Origin: Balanoglossus misakiensis
Lineage: Eukaryota; Animalia; Hemichordata
Length of the DNA: 64,000 nucleotides
Reading direction: 5' to 3'
NCBI GenBank assembly: GCA_040954595.2
Contig: CM082582.2
Coordinates: 6,494,303 to 6,558,302, forward strand
This document shows positions 26,112 through 40,900 of the stretch, piece after piece. Both the position numbers and the translations under genes were made by a program. A model generated the notes under the pieces. It was not told the DNA's origin. It saw nothing but the letters and a program-made list of their open reading frames with translations, and ran no database searches. How positions within the stretch are numbered: position 1 is the stretch's first letter; every line of letters begins with the position of its first letter.

Positions 26112-26771
26112 CCGCAGAGGATACGACGGGTATCACGGGAGAATCGCACGCTCCCCAGAGATTGGCATCTCTGCCCAGTGTAGCCAGGAACAAGAGTGCG
26201 GGAGGAAGGACGACGGAAGTGAAGTGCGGGAAAAGGAATTATTTAATAAATCAGAAGGCCGAGATAGATAGAGATGGTGATGTATCTTAGCCTACGACTA
26301 CGACTACGACTACGATGAAGCGAGAAGTCGCACGATGCAGCGAGAATGCCGTCGAGCGATATACCTGATATATTAGAATTTAGATAGGAGCCGGCCGATA
26401 GTATCTTATGCCGTATGTACCGGCGATGATATGCCGTCTTCAAAAATTATTTCGACTGTCCAGAAGGTAAGCACGTCGAATTTTGTGCTTTCTACATGAA
26501 TTCACCATTGGCGAAAACTTCTCTTTTTCTGTTTGGATTGAGGATCATCGGCACTCCGCTGGCCGTGAAAAAGCGTCCAATCAGTGCACGACTTGCGTGG
26601 ATTTCTTAGACGACCAACGGCAATCCTCCGTTCCGTCACGGTTAATTTTAGGGGGGTTGGACCAAGCTTGGTTCGCTACGTTGAGAACAGTATAAATAGG
26701 GCAACAATGAACCGGGAACGTCGCTCTTCTCACCCGGTCCGATCAGCGCAGAAACCACTAAACTACAAGAG

Positions 26772-27440
26772 ATGAACTCCTTCAGGCGAGATCAGGCAGG
26801 GAGACGAATTTGTATTAGGTGTGGATGCGTATTCGAACACTCGTTCGAGTACAACGAACACCCGTGCGTCGCCAACCGAAACACCGGCAGCGTAGCTACC
26901 AGTACCGTGTCCGTCGCCGAGGCAGATCCAGCCCCACCCGCAGATTCCACACGGCGCCGACCGTCAACACCCCAACCCGTCCGTCATGGTGATGTATTCG
27001 CCCCGATCGATTTCAATCGGGTGGAGAGAGTGGAGGATTCGCACACCCACCGCATATACTCCCATGGAGCAATCAAGGCGGAGACCAATACCAAGCGGGT
27101 CTACTATCTGCTGAATTCGACCACAGCATCAACGACAACGTCCGGTCCACCTGTGGAGCCGGGGACCGTTCTGCAGCTGCCGGCGGCAGCGACGCCGACC
27201 GTCTCCTCCTGCGCCCGTACAGTCGTCCTTCAGCAAAGGACCGACAAGCCACCTGCCAACACCCCGGGGACCCAGACCAAGAAGAGAAGGAGGGGAGCCC
27301 CATCAGCAAAGAAGGTAACTACCAGCCAGGCCAGAACCAGCACCGCCGGTCGACCCAGACTACAGCTATTAGAGCTGAGTCCCGAAGATGAAGAGAATTT
27401 GAATCTGCCGCCGCGGACGCCGGGGAGAGACGACGAGTAA
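26772..27440 (+). CDS. Accessory ORF3 of the Gypsy element (222 aa), unknown function
   Basis: ATG-initiated ORF between pol and PPT. N-terminal C-x2-C-x3-F-x8-H-x-C motif, basic KKRRR...KK cluster, acidic tail; no signal peptide or TM segment seen. Confidence 0.65.
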   Translation: MNSFRRDQAGRRICIRCGCVFEHSFEYNEHPCVANRNTGSVATSTVSVAEADPAPPADSTRRRPSTPQPVRHGDVFAPIDFNRVERVEDSHTHRIYSHGAIKAETNTKRVYYLLNSTTASTTTSGPPVEPGTVLQLPAAATPTVSSCARTVVLQQRTDKPPANTPGTQTKKRRRGAPSAKKVTTSQARTSTAGRPRLQLLELSPEDEENLNLPPRTPGRDDE

Positions 27441-27582
27441 CATTTTTGTATTGAACTCTTTTTCTTGAACATTTTCTGCATTTTTCTCATTGTAAAGCTG
27501 TACGGGGTGGGGTGTCCCTTCCCTTAGAAATATTTTTGCGATTCAACTTTTTCTTGTACAATAGTCGGAACTTTATTGTCTT

Positions 27583-27594
27583 AGAGGGGGGTAA
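27583..27594 (+). promoter_or_regulatory. Polypurine tract
   Basis: AGAGGGGGGTAA immediately 5' of the 3' LTR. Confidence 0.85.
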
Positions 27595-28160
27595 TGTAGA
27601 GGTTTAACGAGGTCCATTTTACATTTCTGAATGCCTTTGCGGTTTTTGTAATTACTCAGCAGGCGCGGCACACGCGCCAAAACCGATTAGCCTGTTAGTA
27701 CGCACGTTCAGTTTTCATTCAATGTTTGCCTTTGGTTGTCTAGCAACGACGATTTCGAGCGACAGCTGTCAATCATTTATTTAGCTACTTTTCTTGGCTT
27801 GAAGCCGACATGATATGTAGATTTTAGGTGCTTTCTCCGACGTCCGATATGCAAATTAGCTTTTCTGATTTTGAATCCGACCCGAGGGTATATAAGTAGC
27901 GATTCTCTTTAAAACGGGGTCGCTCAAGGGGTTTTTCTTATCGAGGCCACACCAGCAACAGCAAAGAAGGTACAGCTCTTCATTTTTTACGCAGTATTGT
28001 TGATAATTTTTCGTGTTCAGTTAATAAATACGCCACGTTGGCTTCTACACTTTATTATTTTGTCCTTGTGCGCTCTGTCACTCGGGTGTAAGGTCGTTAC
28101 CCTTACTGATCACCTGACCAGTCTCAACGTAATAATAACGACGAAGGAAAAATCTCGACA
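27595..28160 (+). repeat. 3' LTR
   Basis: Offset of exactly 7800 bp from the 5' LTR with no differences seen. Followed by the TSD CTAG. Confidence 0.97.
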
Positions 28161-28584
28161 CTAGTATGAACGCGAGCATTTCAAAACGATTTCATTTTTT
28201 TCCCTCGAGAATTGTATGAAACTGATCGTAACATTGCATTCAGTGTTTACTAACGGAAAGCAGTTGATTTTATTTGCATAAATCTACTTTTAAAAATAAT
28301 ACCGAAAAATTATTTGATGACCACGTGACTAGTTTGCAACTTATTTTATAACGAAATTGGCTAGAACAACTCTTGGATGCATACGAAGGCTTGTAATTTT
28401 ACTAGTCATTGACAGTAGTGATGACGAAGGGGATTGAAAACAAATGGAAACGTTTCTTTTAACGGTAAATTCAACTGGAACTATTTTATCGCGTCAGCAT
28501 ATCTCCAGTTTCAATTTGCCGGCAAAAACACACAATGCGCCTTTGTACTTGGTGTGCCCATCCGTATTACGAACAATTCTACTG

Positions 28585-28592
28585 TGACGTCA
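28585..28592 (+). promoter_or_regulatory. Canonical CRE (TGACGTCA) upstream of kinase copy A; also 32589-32596 in copy B
   Basis: Perfect palindrome ~140 bp upstream of the ATG, retained in both duplicates. Motif match only. Confidence 0.4.
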
Positions 28593-28728
28593 TCGACACC
28601 GTTCGGTGACAAGTACAATCGCACCAGACCGTCACTGTGTTGTTTGTATTCCATGCGACAACACAGCGTGCCGATATCGGTCACGAAAAAATCCAAAAAT
28701 CCAGCAAAATTCTGAACAAAATTTCACA

Positions 28729-32189
<3,461 letters not shown>

Positions 32190-32732
32190 TGTCTTGAATT
32201 GTGATATTCAATAAAAAAACACTACTTACTCATACGTATGCTGGCAATTTTGCAGTTTTTGTTCCCCGAACAAGTGTGAGGGTGTTACATTGGCAGCAAT
32301 TGCCAATTTTGGGGACAAATTTGCTACCGAAAAATTACGCTAGGTGACGCTTATATTTTACCGAAATTGGCTAGAACAACTCTTGATGCATACGAAGGCT
32401 TGTAATTTTACTAGTCATTGACAGTGATGACGAAGGGGATTGAAAACAAATGAAAAAGTTTCTTTTAACGGTAAATTCAACAGGAACTATTTTATCGCGT
32501 CAGCATATCTCTAGTTTCAATTTGCCGGCAAAAACACAATGCGCCTTTGTACTTGGTGTGCCCATCTGTATCACGGACAATTCTACTGTGACGTCATCGA
32601 CACCGTTCGGGTGACATGAACAATCGCACCTGAGCGTCACTGTGTTGTTCGTATTCCATGCGACACACAGCGTGCCGACATCGGTCATGAAAAAATCCAA
32701 AAATCCAGCAAAATTCTGAACAAAATTTCACA

Positions 32733-35700
32733 ATGTCTTTCCCTGCAGTCTTGTTATTGCTTCTTCCAGTATTCCTAACGTATTTCGGTAGGTAAAAGAA
32801 TCGTTTGCATAGTTAAAACATGCAGTTTTCTCCCACCAACTGCGGTGACGCGTACGCGCAACACTCAATTCGAAGTCGGTCGCATTCGATAAATTAATAT
32901 CTTGCGTCAGTGTTAAAAGATGTATTTCCAACGTATCACACGTATTTCAATAGCATGTGAATACTGTAAATAGGGTTATTTTCGCGAGCAAAACATTTTC
33001 GCGAAATACGCGAGAGCCAAAAAACACGTTAAACTAAAAGTATGTTGTAAGTGAAAAACGAGAACGCGAAACTTAATCCTCGCGTAACAGTTGCCTCTTT
33101 TGATATCGCGAAAATTTCCTGTCGCGAAAGTAACCCGTTTTACAGTATTACTATTTCGTGATATCAAACTGTAGCGTGTAGAACTTCAGAGTTTATTTCG
33201 TCAATTGGATTCATAGACCCGGCTCTTGATACGATAGAGGAACTTAGCGATGAAGACGCGCGGAGCGGAGTGAATGGTTCGGTGAAATCTGGGAGACGCG
33301 GTGATGACACTGATAGCGATAACGTTTCGCAAGATAGTAGTGTCGCGTAAGTATATAGCTTTGAGAATAATATTAGTATGCATATGTCTGAACATTGCCA
33401 CGTTGATTTCATTAAGTATCGACCAAAAGAATTCCGAAAGATGGTTAGCCACCCATCCAAGAATATATTAGGACGGAAAACTTGTTTTATCGAGACTGCG
33501 GCAGTTGAATGCTATGTTTTCGCTTTAATACAATGGCTGGGAATGACTATCTTCCTAAATTGTGCTTATAAACACGCTTAGATCGAGCGAAGGTGGCGAA
33601 ACTACATTGAGTTTCGAACAACCAAAGGTGAAGAAGAAACGTAACGTCGTTCGGCGTTTCTTCCATCGAATAAGAAAGCGAGTTTCTCGCTTTTTCGGCC
33701 GCTCACGCGCGGAGGGTCGCGAGGTATGTATCCGCAGGTTTGTGTGTTTGTGTTGGTGTGTGTGGAGAAAACCACAGAGAGAGATATATAGACCGACAGA
33801 CATAGAGAGACACAGAGAGACAGACAAACACTGGGGACTCAGACAGAGACAGGCAGGCAGACCCCGACACAAAATACACTGACAATAAGAAAAATGAAAA
33901 AAAAAAAACATTAAGAGGAATACTACCAAAAGTATTTGCCACAGTAATCTATTTGTCATGACACATTTTATTTCTTCAGCAACCGGCTGAGGCTGAGGTC
34001 GAGGTGGATTCCGAGCCTAATGAACGAGAGGTGGTGGAGAAAAGTTCAAAGGCCAAATCCCGTAAAGGTTTGTCGAATATTGTAGTTATGATGTTATCTG
34101 TGCATTCTTCCAGTTAGGTATTTCTAGATGAAGTTATTTATAAAGGCAATGGAAAAATATTAACTTGAAATAATAGAAATGTTGGTAACTCATGTTACAA
34201 CTGTAACGTATAAAACACACAAATTGGTACGTGTAATGTATACCCATAATAATATAGTCCGTACTTAACTTCTGTACAGATTAATTTTTTGCGGAGAAAT
34301 TAGGTACGTTTACCACAAAGTCATGTACATGCATAGACAACAGTAAGATTTACGCGCGCCTTTTATTTGATTTAGACGAAGCGAACAAAGACGAACTGTT
34401 CGTGGTGATGAACCTCAGTGACGGACATTACAACAACGTCGTCCTCGGATGCACCCGTAAGAACAAGCAACTGTATGCCGTGAAATACTTGAACTATGAA
34501 GACGAATCCCGTCACGTGGAGGGCGCTTCGGCTGAGATGGTGGAGAACGAAATCAAGATGATGCAGTAAGGAGAATGATCTTTGTGCTTACTTTGTGGAT
34601 GTTTTCTGAACTGAGAGCCTCGTCTCGCCAAGCGCCTCAAGTATAGGCACCTACACTTATATACAGAACATAATATAACGGAGAAATTAGATTATGAATT
34701 ACTAGGCACTGACAAATATGCCAATAAGCATACTTGGTCTGTCTCAAACGTAACTCGAAAATTTGAAAATCAATATCCAACAAAACGGCGTTCGCTTCTC
34801 TTGCAGAGCACTGAATGAGTTCAACAGTGAGCACATTATCCAGATGGTGACACTTTGCCGCCAGGGCGTCTTGCGCATACTTATCCTTGAGTACGTTCGA
34901 GGTATGGACTTGAAGGAGTTCACCACCAACTTCGGAGATGAAGTAAGTATATCTTCTGCCATTAAACTGCATGTATAGTGAAACATAACATGCTTCGAGT
35001 GTCGGTAATACAAATATATTCTATACACAAAGCAAAGCAGAGAGTATGCGATTGTGTTGTGATCTGGGGGTAATGATGATGATGATGCGTTTTCTCTCTA
35101 TCATGTAGGCACCCCTGGTTGTCAAGTATGACATCATGAAGAAGACGGCAGACGCTCTGGCCTCACTCCACGGTTTCGGTGTCATTCATAATGACTTCAA
35201 ACTATCTAATGCCATGGTGAGTGAACAACAAATTGTTGCGCGTTTATACATCGTCCGAATACTTAATCCACCAACGATTTCAGGAAATTATTGACTCTTT
35301 TATAGCTATTTTGGGATATACCATGCGGAGTAGTATGTAAAAGCCAGCAAGTATACACGCACTGGCTCGCGTTATTTTACATCATTTTCGTTTCGTTCAA
35401 ATAAGTGAAAGAATCACGACATTCTTCCAAAGTACACAACCACTTCGTACTCATTTCATTCAAAATAGTTCAAATCGCGTTCAATTCTTCCTTGCAGTTG
35501 AAGCTTCCAGAGATGTCCGTGAAACTCATCGACTTCGCCTTCAGCTGCTTCGCCAACTCGCCGCAGTTCGAGTCGGCAGGGTCCATCCTCTACGCACCAC
35601 CGGAGCTCTTCAGGGAGGAGGTCCCCGCGTGCGCAGCAGCCAAGGACGTCTGGGCTCTGGGATGCAGCATGGCGGAGATGGTCAACCAGGAGACGGCCTA

Positions 35701-35947
35701 CAGCGAGATCCACACCGAGAAGGAGATCACGGATCAACTCATCGGGAAGATAGACAGAGGCGAGGACATCGTTCCGGAGAATATCTCCTTGTTGGAGGAC
35801 GGGCCCTTCAAGGAAGTGTGCATGCGTTGTTGCGCCATGGAGCCGTCCGCTCGACCCAGCGCCAGCGAAGTCGCCAACCAGCTAGGGGATGTGCTGGCCG
35901 AGAGGATGGAAAGTCATCCGGAGGAATGCTCCTATAGACTTGCCTGA
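32733..35947 (+). CDS. Atypical Ser/Thr-type protein kinase, copy B (432 aa, 8 exons)
   Basis: Exons 32733-32787, 33217-33346, 33582-33723, 33980-34067, 34376-34565, 34807-34942, 35109-35216, 35498-35947. Same exon sizes and motifs as copy A, splice sites intact. Confidence 0.88.
32964..33145. mobile_element. MITE in kinase B intron 1
   Basis: Same TIRs and same position as 28960-29145, so inserted before the duplication. Confidence 0.85.
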
Positions 35948-36822
35948 TGTCTTGAATTGTGATATTCAATAAAAATCACTACTTCCCAAAAAAGTATGCT
36001 GGCAATTTTGCAGTTTTTGTTCCCCGAACGAGTGTGAGGGTGTGTTACATTGGCAGCAATTGCCAAATTTGAGACAAATTTGCTTCCGAAAATTTTCGCT
36101 AGGTGACTCTTTATCCCTTATTTTAGGCCTAAAGCTTATTCCAAAGTTGCCTTGAGCAAAATGAGAAAAAGTTTAAGACTGATTTCCGCGGCGCATATAA
36201 CCAATAACATTTGGGCCTATAGGTTATAACTAAACTCTTGATTCAAATAGGTTAGAAATAACAAAATGCCTAAATGAAATCATATTAAAAACAGGTGTCA
36301 TCAAAATAACGGTATCGGCCAAGTAAGCCTAACTTAAGTTTTTACAAGAAAGAAATTGCAGTCCTTGCAAAGACCCTTCATTCATTCAGGGTCCGTGATC
36401 AGAGTTCGATATCTGGCGTCAAACGACGACGTGATTACATTTGTGAAACATTTTAGTGTGAACTTTGCTCAAATCCGACTGACAAATTTCACAATCGCCT
36501 GACAGTCACATGAGCTCCGATATCGATAGGTCGACGCCCTTTTACCGTGCTTACATCATCCGCGTCGATCACGGAAAAGTGGTTCTAGCGACACGAGCTG
36601 TATGGTAGAACGTTTGCTTGCGACGAAGTAAAAACGATGTACCATAATTCTGAAAGATTCTTCAGATAAAACCCGGAGTTTCAAAAGTTACGTGTACTTT
36701 GTTCATCATGTGATGAGCAGAGACAATGCGGTAGAGTGCAAATATTTGTAGGTCACCGCATGCGGGCGCTTTTTCAGAGAGGGGAGGACAACATTTTCAA
36801 GCCACGGGCACCTGCATTTACA

Positions 36823-37897
36823 ATGAATTACCGGCGTTTTGGAGCACTGTCCGTCATAATGGGTAGGTTTTCCTACCCGTTCTTGTTCCTCCTGTCCATG
36901 TTCTGTTTGCGGTGTGATGCCGTTATACCACTTTCATCCCTGAAGCAGAGTCACGCACACCGAGTCGAACTGGCTCTGACGCCTATAACAGAGGACAAGA
37001 CCGTGATATCCCCAAGCTGTAAGAATGCCTTGCTGAACGTGTTCAGTAACAAGACCTCAGAACTATTTACAAGTAAGTATGGGATCAAAAACCTATTTTC
37101 GGTTGACACTAGTCGAATCATTAATCAAAACATACAGCTGGACATTAATGGATATCATAATTATGTAAGGGATACAGTCAAAAGCGTGCACAGTTGCCAT
37201 GAATACCGGAGGTCAAACGAGGCGAAGGCTTTCATTTGACAGCGGCACATAAGAAGTTTGCCGAACATAGACTATATTAGTCATTTGAAGACTCCATGCA
37301 CCCTTTTTAATTCAGATTTAGCATAAATGTTGGTAAGGTGACAGTGTAAGGTGACTGTGTACGTGAAGTTAAACGTTATCTCCAGATGTATTTATTCGAC
37401 TCATCTTCTACCATTATGTTTGGTTATTTGATTTCTTTCTTTTCGAATTTTCAGTGGTTGATGCCTCGGGTAAAATTAATTCAGGTTTCTCAGACGGTAA
37501 CATGGCCTGGCTGGGTTCTTTTGAATTGTGCAGGAATACAAGTAATCTACAGTACTGCCATACAACATTGCTGACTCATATACCAATGTACAATGCGGTA
37601 AGTGCAAATTCAGTGGACTGAAAGGAGTTAAAAAAAAGGACTAAACAAGAAAGGCAAATAAAAGAACAATAGGCCTGCCACAGTGCAGTTATGTACACGT
37701 CTCCAGTGAATGAATCATTTCCCTGCATAGAATGACCTGTCCTTCGACCTATTAACATAAAGACTCGTCATGTGACAAAGAATTATGTTGGCGTGAGTCA
37801 TTATGTTGACACAGTGCTGAGTGCACGTCACAATACAAGGAAAGCAATGAGGAGTTTTGTGTATACAGTCTTGACACAGGCATTACCGAGAGAGTGT

Positions 37898-37928
<31 letters not shown>

Positions 37929-40900
37929 GGGCGTGTGGCTAAGTAGTGAACCACTGCATTCATTTGACGGGCCGAAAGTAATTCCTGGAAATGAATATGA
38001 TCCAAAAAACAACATTACCATATGATATTCATTGATTGACATCAAATCGGAATCTTTACAAATTCAATATTTTTTTCGTACATTTTGCTTCTGTCACACC
38101 AGACTCTGCCAATCCAGTGGGGTTTGTGTACTGTGAGCGAGTGCAGTGACTATGATGTGGCCAACAGTATACGCTGGGTTGTTGATGGTAAGTTTATTGC
38201 TCGCTATGGATGACCAAGGCACAAATGGACATGACAAACGTAACATGTAGATCTCAAATGTGAAATCTCTGGCCTAAGGTCTCATTTTTACAACCAAATA
38301 CTCTTACTTTTATTACTGTTTTTGTAAAAGATCACTTATGAAAATATAAGAACCTTTAGATTTGTGATGATCATAGACTGATATTATCTGTTTACTTTTT
38401 TGCCAAATAGAAATTTTAGGACCAAACGTAATACAAATCCAGAATGGTGGAGTAGCCTGTGCTAAAGATCCCCCCAAACCATACAGTGTTGGTTATTTTG
38501 TCACAGTGTAAGTACCAGTGTACACCAATTGTCTTTGGGATGTACATTCATTAATCAAATCATTTATCCAATATGCTTCCATAGAATACTGTATTATCAG
38601 AATATTTCATTCTGGTGATATTTTTTAAAAGTCACTAGTGTATAATCACTCCCCCCCCCCAAAAAAAAAAGAAAGGCTAAACAAAAACCCAACAACAACA
38701 ACAAACCCACATTTGACCTGTTATAGCCAATTACACTTATGCTATGGTGTGGGGTCCCCAGTAGCAACTCTTACTTCTGATTGTTCATTATGCCTGCCCT
38801 GATTCAAGCACTTACTGGTACTTTGACTGTGAAAGAATGGACATGGATTGGACCAAATCTATTTCTCAGAGAGGATATGCAGTAGTCCAGGACTAGGTCC
38901 TATTTGGATTTTCATCAATGTGAACAACACATATGGTGTCTTCTGAAGTCTTTGTGAATCATAGGATCCCCATTTATGCAAGAGTTTGTTTCTCTTGCAG
39001 CGCCCTGTGTTGCTTCCTGGCATTGTTGATGCTACTCGGATGGTTTGTGGATATCTCCCTGCGCTACGCCGCCCGGCGCAAGAACGGACTGCCGCTGATC
39101 AGCAAGAAGAGTTACGGGGAAGACGGCGGGGACGACGAAACGGCGAAGCTGCTGTCCGGAGCGAACAGCATTCAGAATGGGGAACCACATGTACACTTTG
39201 CCAGTGTTGAAGAAGACACCAGTTAGTGTTCAGTTGGTTTTTGCATTGTTTTTGCTCGCAAACTAGGTTTTTGAACAAATTTGATGATTAATCCATTATA
39301 TTGTGTCTCATCTTGTTTCCGAAACAGTAGTTATAAACAAAATGCCTGCAAAAAAGGAACGCAATAATTAAGAAAAAAAAATGAAAATAATATGAACTGT
39401 ATACCCAGACATTACCACTGTTGTATTCTTTCGTACACTACGCAGTTATTCTGTTGTTATTTGGTAGGCAGAATTTATCGTGTATCAACTATTCAGTCAG
39501 GGTGACCTCTTTTTTTGTCCCCCTTTTCAGATTTCCTGCAGGAGTTCTTGCTGTGCTTTGCGTTCAACCGCAACCTGGCCAAGCTGATGGACACCTCGCA
39601 GCCCAAGAAGGCCATCCGCTGTCTGCATGGAATCCGCGTGCTCAGCATGCTGTGGGTCATCCTGGGTCACACGTTCCTCTGGCATGCCATGGTTCCGCTA
39701 GGTGAGGATCATGTGAGAAAGGAAACCACGATCTTTCGTTTGTGGTGGTATCGAGTGCCCCAGAGGGCAGGCTTTATTTGTGGAGATGGTCAGGACTTCT
39801 GTTCTAAGCTCAATCCAATCATCTATCAGTTTAGATTAGTTCAAAGTACACGTCTCCCCAGAAGGTCCATTGGTAATACATTTGTATGTAGGGAACTTAC
39901 TGTAATCAAAAACTGGTGCATCATACCGGTTCCAAGTACTGTACTATATGACATTTTTCTTTTCAAAAGTGTCCTCACTGGTCAAAAATCCATAATAGTT
40001 TCTGAAAAGGGGTGTCTTTTGTGAACAACATTGCAATTTTAGTATATGTATGTGACATGTTGTGAACTTTGACCTTTGACTGGTCATATTGCAGATAATT
40101 ACTTGACTGGTTCTACCCTACTGAAAGATTTCACCTTCCAAGTTGTCAACAATGCCTTCTTTTCCGTGGATAGCTTCTTCTTTTTGAGGTGAGTGCTTGA
40201 TGAGACTGCCAGTCATCTTTAAGAATGTTCAGTCGGGACCATCTTTGCATTAACCCTTGACCCTCACTGGTGACCTATAACATCAGCCGTGACTGCCTAA
40301 AATCAGTGATGTGCGATTTGAACTGCTCAGAGTACATAGTGTAACCACATCTAGACAATGTTATTGACAGTGCTCTTTGTTTTCAGCGGGTTGTTGGTGA
40401 CTTACTTAGCATGCGACACGTTGGACAGAACCAACGGAAAACTCCCGTGGATCAAGTTCTATCTTCACAGATATTGGAGGTAAGGTGCTAGAGATGTCCA
40501 ATGTTGAAATTTCTCTTTTGATGTAAAACTTACAGAAAATGACCCAGTCAAGCAAGCGATTTCATGTGCATACAGTACAGGCCTTAGAATTTACTTTGTG
40601 TCAATAAAGCAAAGTATCTTCACGTTTTGAAGCTGAAGTTGCGAGGAGAGAGCAAGGATCTTAAACAGCAAGCTTAACCATTGCGTCCTTTTTTACAGAT
40701 TGACACCCACGTTGGCGATGACTATTTTAATTTGGATGTTTATTCACCCTTGGATCGGTCAGGGTCCCCTGTGGTTTGGCATGCTGCCGAAACCCAACTG
40801 TGAACAGTACTGGTGGAGTACATTGCTGTACATCAATAATTTTGTCCCAAATTCTCTCGGGGAAGAGGTAAAGTGATTTTAAAATATTGCTTCTGTTTAC

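Larger units (their letters stand above)
19795..28160 (+). mobile_element. Full-length Ty3/Gypsy LTR retrotransposon (8366 bp)
   Basis: Two 566-bp TG...CA LTRs, 4-bp TSD CTAG (19791-19794 and 28161-28164), PBS, PPT, gag, and pol in PR-RT-RH-IN order (Gypsy order). Confidence 0.98.

Noticed and set aside
26772-27440. ORF3 as an envelope gene (errantivirus-like)
   Set aside because: Too short, with no signal peptide, no transmembrane anchor and no fusion-peptide-like segment.
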